Assembly (NCBI GenBank): GCA_039815575.1
Contig: JBCBZA010000001.1
Span: 1 to 59,292 of the forward strand
Source: Bacteroidota bacterium
GTDB taxonomy: Bacteria; Bacteroidota; Bacteroidia; Flavobacteriales; Flavobacteriaceae
Direction of reading: 5' to 3'
Length of the DNA: 59,292 bases
Part shown: positions 54,862 through 59,292 of the stretch, piece after piece
Numbering within the stretch: the stretch's first letter is position 1
Layout: every line of letters begins with the position of its first letter
Position numbers and translations under genes: made by a program
Notes under the pieces: generated by a model
Seen by the model: only the letters and a program-made list of their open reading frames with translations
Databases searched by the model: none
What the model was told of the DNA's origin: nothing

Positions 54862-56079
54862 ATGAATACGGAAAAAGTAACTTTTAAGAATAACGAAGGC
54901 CAGGAATTGGTGGGCAGATTGGAAATGCCCGTGGACCGTTACCCACATAACTTTGTCCTTTTTGCGCATTGTTTTACCTGCACAAAAAATCTTTCTGCAG
55001 TGCGAAATATCAGCAAGGCGTTGACTTTAAACGGTTTTGCAGTACTCCGATTTGACTTTACCGGTCTTGGGGAAAGTGAAGGGGATTTTGCCGATACCAA
55101 CTTCTCTGGCAATGTAGAAGACTTGGTGGCCGCCTCGAATTATTTGACCCAAAATCATAGGGCACCATCACTTTTAATTGGACATTCCCTAGGTGGGGCA
55201 GCAGTAATTTTCGCTGCCACAGAGATTCCATCGATAAATGCCGTTGCAACGGTGGGGGCGCCTTCAAATCCAATTCATGTAAAACATCTATTAAAAAGTG
55301 GCATTGAGGAAATTACTGAAAAAGGGCGCGCTGTGGTCAATTTAAGTGGCAGGGATTTTACCATTAAAAAACAGTTTTTAGAGGACTTGGAAACCAAATC
55401 CCTTCCTGAAACTGCTAGGGCTCTACGAAAACCATTGTTGATCATGCACTCGCCCCAGGATGATACTGTGGGCATCAAAAATGCTGAGGAAATCTATGTG
55501 GCGGCACATCACCCAAAAAGTTTTGTTTCCCTCGATGGAGCTGATCATTTGCTATTCAACAAAAAAGACTCCCTATATGTAGGGGAAGTGATTTCCGGTT
55601 GGGCAAAACGTTATTTAGAAATCCCTGAAAAGGTGGCCTCCTCTTTAAAGACGAGTCATCAAGTAGCTGCGAGTCTGAATGCTGAAGATGGTTTTACCAC
55701 ACAAATGAAAGTAGGGAACCATTATATGGTGGCGGACGAACCCGAAAGTTTTGGCGGTAATGATTTTGGTCCCTCCCCCTATGAATTTGTTTCGGCAGGT
55801 TTATCAGCTTGCACGGTAATGACCCTTCAAATGTATGCCAAGCGTAAAGGTTGGCCCTTAGAAAATGTTGAAGTGCATACGTCCCATAGTAAAAGTCACG
55901 CCAAGGATTGTGAAAACTGTGACGATACCAGCGCTAAAATCGATACTTTTCATCGGGAATTGAGAATTACGGGAAACCTAGACGAAAAACAACGAATACG
56001 TTTGATGCAAATAGCAGATAAGTGCCCGGTGCACAAGACTTTGCATAGTAAGACACAAGTCATCACTACTTTGGTCTGA
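54862..56079 (+). CDS. Alpha/beta hydrolase - OsmC fusion protein
   Basis: FAHCFTC, GHSLGG (nucleophile), ADH, and an OsmC domain (GPSPYE, ACT...KCPVH). Confidence 0.92.
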   Translation: MNTEKVTFKNNEGQELVGRLEMPVDRYPHNFVLFAHCFTCTKNLSAVRNISKALTLNGFAVLRFDFTGLGESEGDFADTNFSGNVEDLVAASNYLTQNHRAPSLLIGHSLGGAAVIFAATEIPSINAVATVGAPSNPIHVKHLLKSGIEEITEKGRAVVNLSGRDFTIKKQFLEDLETKSLPETARALRKPLLIMHSPQDDTVGIKNAEEIYVAAHHPKSFVSLDGADHLLFNKKDSLYVGEVISGWAKRYLEIPEKVASSLKTSHQVAASLNAEDGFTTQMKVGNHYMVADEPESFGGNDFGPSPYEFVSAGLSACTVMTLQMYAKRKGWPLENVEVHTSHSKSHAKDCENCDDTSAKIDTFHRELRITGNLDEKQRIRLMQIADKCPVHKTLHSKTQVITTLV

Positions 56080-56081
56080 GA

Positions 56082-56300
56082 TTAAATGCGCATGTGCAAA
56101 ACATCAAAATATTCCAGTTCAAGTTCAATAGCAGCTTGTTGAATATGATGGAGTTTCCTAAAATAGTCATCAATATGTAAGTCCCCGTTAAAAAGCCTTG
56201 CCTTTGCATCCTGGTAGTCCCTAGAAAAGTGTTTGCGCTTATTGCAATAGGCAATAAAATCGATGTATTTGTTAGGTCGGTGTATGGTCATGTGTTTCAT
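56082..56300 (-). CDS. Small hypothetical protein (72 aa)
   Basis: Fills the gap convergent to the OsmC fusion (2-nt gap), with an A-rich leader and a helical-looking sequence. Confidence 0.6.
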   Translation of the reverse strand: MKHMTIHRPNKYIDFIAYCNKRKHFSRDYQDAKARLFNGDLHIDDYFRKLHHIQQAAIELELEYFDVLHMRI

Positions 56301-56462
56301 TTATTCAAGGCAAAGGGGGGATACCTTGATATACTATGAGAACGATAAAATTGAATTATTAGTATTTCGTCGATACTTTTTTACATTTTATCGATGTTTT
56401 TCAAATAAACCCCAGAAGAGTTGTGGTTTTTGTCGGAGCAAAAAGCGTAATTTATGTAACTC

Positions 56463-56945
56463 ATGGAAAGTCAGGTTTTTGAGGTTTCAGTTAAAGGCAC
56501 GCATAGCATTATCATTCCTGATGATATTGCCATTCCGTTTATTGAACAAGGACATTTACGAGTTCAGGTAACCGCCAGTTTTGAGTCAAATTCAATTGAT
56601 TTCCATGCAGCGATCAGAAAATACAATGGTCAATACACCATAATGTTCAGCAAAAACAAGCAAAAGGAATTAGGGCTTTTACCCAATGATTATCTTCAAA
56701 TGCAGTTTTTTGAGGACACCTCAAAATATGGGGTTGAGGTCCCGGAAGAGTTCGAAGCAGTCATCTTTAGTGATTATGACGCCTGCCAAATCTTCGAGTC
56801 CTTTACAAAAGGAAAACAGCGTGGTATTATTTATATGATTAGCCGTTTTAAGGATTCACAAAAAAAGATAGATAAGACCCTAGTATTATGTGAAAACCTA
56901 AAACGGGGAATACGGGAAAATAAAGATTTACTGAAGCCAATTTAG
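56463..56945 (+). CDS. DUF1905 / YdeI-OmpD-associated family protein
   Basis: N-terminal barrel-like segment (RVQVT, FHAAI), then YGVEVPEEF, FESFTKGKQRG. Confidence 0.8.
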   Translation: MESQVFEVSVKGTHSIIIPDDIAIPFIEQGHLRVQVTASFESNSIDFHAAIRKYNGQYTIMFSKNKQKELGLLPNDYLQMQFFEDTSKYGVEVPEEFEAVIFSDYDACQIFESFTKGKQRGIIYMISRFKDSQKKIDKTLVLCENLKRGIRENKDLLKPI

Positions 56946-57000
56946 GTTGACAGGACCTTATTTTATGAGTACCTTCGAGCAAATCCTAAAAACACTTACA

Positions 57001-57849
57001 ATGAAAAAAATACAACTCGCCCTACTGGGAATTTTGGTCGTCTTTGCCGTTAGTTGCAAAGGTAAAGCCGATAGTGATACCATGGACTCAGATTCTGATT
57101 CAATGGATCATCAGGTTGATTTAGATTCAGACAGTGGGGACTCTGATTCACAGGAGATGGAAACTGTGATTTCCCTTACAAAATTGGAGGGCTCCCCGGC
57201 GTATGCCGATGCCGAATTACTATTGGATGCTCCAGCCAATACGACCATAGCCCAAGGTGGAGAAATTGACTTTAATTTCTCGGTCAACAACTATGAGCTA
57301 GGAGCGCAAACGGGTGGTCCAAATGCGGAAAGATTGGCAAATTCCGGAAAGGGACAGCACATCCATTTTATTTTGAACAATCAGCCGTATTCTGCGCATT
57401 ATGAGCCCGCTTTTAAAAAAGAAGTCCCGGATGGTGTGCACCACCTCGTGGCTTTTTTAAGTCGTTCCTATCACGAGTCGGTTAAAAATGACAACTCTGT
57501 GGTGGTCAAGAAAATGGAAATTGGTGCCAATCCAACCGATTCTTTAGGATTGGATATGGATGCCCCTACTTTAATTTACAGCAGGCCCAAGGGAACGTAC
57601 GCTGGTAAGGATACAGAAAATCTATTGTTGGACTTTTTTGTACTTAATACGACGCTGTCAGAGGGGGGCAATAAGGTAAGGGCGACCATTAACGGCAAAG
57701 AATTTATGATTACCGAATGGGCACCGCACGTCATTACAGGATTGGAAATGGGTGAAGTGAACATTCAATTGGAACTTCTGGATAGCGAAGGTAATCTGAT
57801 TGAAGGACCCTTTAATAAAGTTAATCGAAGTGTGACTTTGAAACCATAA
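57001..57849 (+). CDS. Hypothetical lipoprotein with Ser/Asp-rich linker and His motifs
   Basis: Lipobox AVSC, DSDSDS-rich linker, GQHIHFILN, GVHHLVAFLSRSYHES. ATG at 57001 preferred. Confidence 0.78.
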   Translation: MKKIQLALLGILVVFAVSCKGKADSDTMDSDSDSMDHQVDLDSDSGDSDSQEMETVISLTKLEGSPAYADAELLLDAPANTTIAQGGEIDFNFSVNNYELGAQTGGPNAERLANSGKGQHIHFILNNQPYSAHYEPAFKKEVPDGVHHLVAFLSRSYHESVKNDNSVVVKKMEIGANPTDSLGLDMDAPTLIYSRPKGTYAGKDTENLLLDFFVLNTTLSEGGNKVRATINGKEFMITEWAPHVITGLEMGEVNIQLELLDSEGNLIEGPFNKVNRSVTLKP

Positions 57850-57870
57850 CTTTTTCAGAATCCAACAATT

Positions 57871-57900
57871 AAAAGAGCCACTTTTCAAGTGGCTCTTTTT
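57871..57900. terminator. Bidirectional Rho-independent terminator
   Basis: AAAAGAGCCACTT-ttc-AAGTGGCTCTTTT perfect stem between convergent genes. Confidence 0.88.
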
Positions 57901-59292
57901 TTATCCCAATTCTTTTCTTAGTACCTCTAATGGGGAGCTCTTAAGTACCGTCCTACTATTCAATAGCCCTACCACTAGGACCATGATTGCGACCCCTGGG
58001 AATACTACTGTGAAAGGTATAACAGATGGGACAAAGTCGGTCTCAAAAACAAATAAGGCCAGTAAAAAGCTCCCTAAAAAAGCCATGAATACCCCTATCC
58101 CACTTCCTAAAATCCCTAAATAGATATATTCAAGTGCCGTAATCTTTAAAATCTGACCATTTTTAGCACCTAAGGTCCGAAGTAGCACACTTTCCTTCAT
58201 TCGCTGGTATTTACTGGTTCTAACAGAACCAATAAGTACAATAATTCCCGTTAGAATGCTGAAGAAGGCCATAAAATTAATGACCCAAGAAATCTTATTT
58301 AAAATACCTTCAATGATGGTGATAACCTGTCTCAAATCAATAATGGAAACTGTTGGAAATAATTGCACTAGTTTGCGTTGTAAAATGGCCGATTCTTTCG
58401 TATCCGCAACATGGGTCGTCAAAACATGGAACTGGGGTGCCTTTTCCAAAACCCCTGAAGGAAATAAAATGGAAAAGTTGATTTGCATTCTGGCCCAATC
58501 AACTGTTCTTAAATGGGCTACAACCGTCTTCATCAACACACCTTGAATATTAAAAACAATTTTATCACCCAAACTTACTTCCGCACTCTCGGCTACGTTT
58601 TGGGCAATGGAAATTGGTATGTAGTCTTCTTCAATGACATCGATTGGCCACTGTCCTGATTCCGTGGTTTCCGAAGCTATCAAGGAATCCCGATAGGTTA
58701 CCCTAAACTCATGGTGTAAAACCCATTGATTTATTGTTGAGGTGGTATCCAAGATAATTTCGCGAACCGGGCGTTCCTTAATTTGATGCATTCGCATGGT
58801 AATTATTGGAATATTGTCAATTACCGGATTTCCTGATTCCGAAATATTGGTTAGGGCAGCTTCTTTTTGATCGGTCTGTACATCCATTAGAATAAGGTTT
58901 GGGGTTTTGGATGAAGTTTCCAACGAGGTTCGGGCCAATAATATATCCTTGGTGAAATAAAGGGTGCTGATCAAAAAGGTACCCACGCCAACCGCCAATA
59001 TCAATACGACAGTCTGATTATTGGGTCGGTATAAATTCAACAGGCTTTGGCGAGCCGTAAAACCCCATGAACTTGGGAAATAACGCTTGATAAAGCGCAT
59101 GAACAAAAAGGCCATACCTCCTAAAATAGCAAATACGACTAAAATGGCAGTAACGAAATAAAAGGCATAAATGGCATCGTTTAGAAGCCATAGGGAAAAG
59201 GCAAACACAAACACAAGGATTCCGCCAAAAACAAACAATCTAGGTTTTCTCGCTTCTTTGGTTGAGGATTCCGTAACCCGTAAAACCTCTAA
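57901..59292 (-). CDS. ABC transporter permease (FtsX-like, YbbP type), 5' end outside the window
   Basis: Frame is open to the window edge (LEVLRVTES...). Motifs RQSLLNLYRP, ESVLLRTLGA, PLEVLR. Confidence 0.88.
   Translation of the reverse strand, partial: LEVLRVTESSTKEARKPRLFVFGGILVFVFAFSLWLLNDAIYAFYFVTAILVVFAILGGMAFLFMRFIKRYFPSSWGFTARQSLLNLYRPNNQTVVLILAVGVGTFLISTLYFTKDILLARTSLETSSKTPNLILMDVQTDQKEAALTNISESGNPVIDNIPIITMRMHQIKERPVREIILDTTSTINQWVLHHEFRVTYRDSLIASETTESGQWPIDVIEEDYIPISIAQNVAESAEVSLGDKIVFNIQGVLMKTVVAHLRTVDWARMQINFSILFPSGVLEKAPQFHVLTTHVADTKESAILQRKLVQLFPTVSIIDLRQVITIIEGILNKISWVINFMAFFSILTGIIVLIGSVRTSKYQRMKESVLLRTLGAKNGQILKITALEYIYLGILGSGIGVFMAFLGSFLLALFVFETDFVPSVIPFTVVFPGVAIMVLVVGLLNSRTVLKSSPLEVLRKELG

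Noticed and set aside
302-58546. Numerous 60-250 aa overlapping ORFs in the six-frame track (e.g. 11816-12568, 6874-7428, 26837-27322, 27776-28279)
   Set aside because: They are antisense or off-frame shadows of well-supported genes and show no motifs of their own.
1-59292. CRISPR array, tRNA/rRNA, integrase, transposase, prophage or recognisable anti-phage defence genes
   Set aside because: No spaced direct repeats, cloverleaf-like segments or matching protein motifs were seen. Nearly all sequence is accounted for by ordinary CDSs.

Overview
Gene-dense chromosomal segment of a Bacteroidota bacterium, most likely Flavobacteriaceae. This is inferred from the gene content, the TAnnTTTG-type -7 promoter elements and the AT-rich start regions without Shine-Dalgarno sites. 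It holds about 48 protein-coding genes. I found no rRNA, tRNA, CRISPR array, integrase or transposase. Recognisable blocks: a four-gene permease/Rid/PLP enzyme/dipeptidase cluster; purL; a paraoxonase-like lactonase; an AT-rich islet (membrane AraC, CPBP protease, unknown protein); a MarR-led beta-oxidation operon (fadN-fadA-fadE type) with a perfect 28-bp operator-like palindrome; a divergent GH15 / trehalose-6-P synthase-phosphatase pair heading a roughly 11 kb tightly coupled gene run that includes a TMEM175 K+ channel; and many peptidases. I see no unmistakable large novel system. The best leads are: (1) a probable D-amino-acid or D-peptide catabolic module whose PLP enzyme carries dehydratase-type HxC ligands beside a Rid protein; (2) a bacterial PON1-like enzyme with the full catalytic residue set; (3) two matching ECF-sigma-like promoters ahead of two uncharacterised membrane proteins; (4) a hairpin-rich 413-bp intergenic region at the edge of the islet. 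All family assignments come from motif recognition by eye. No database searches were run.
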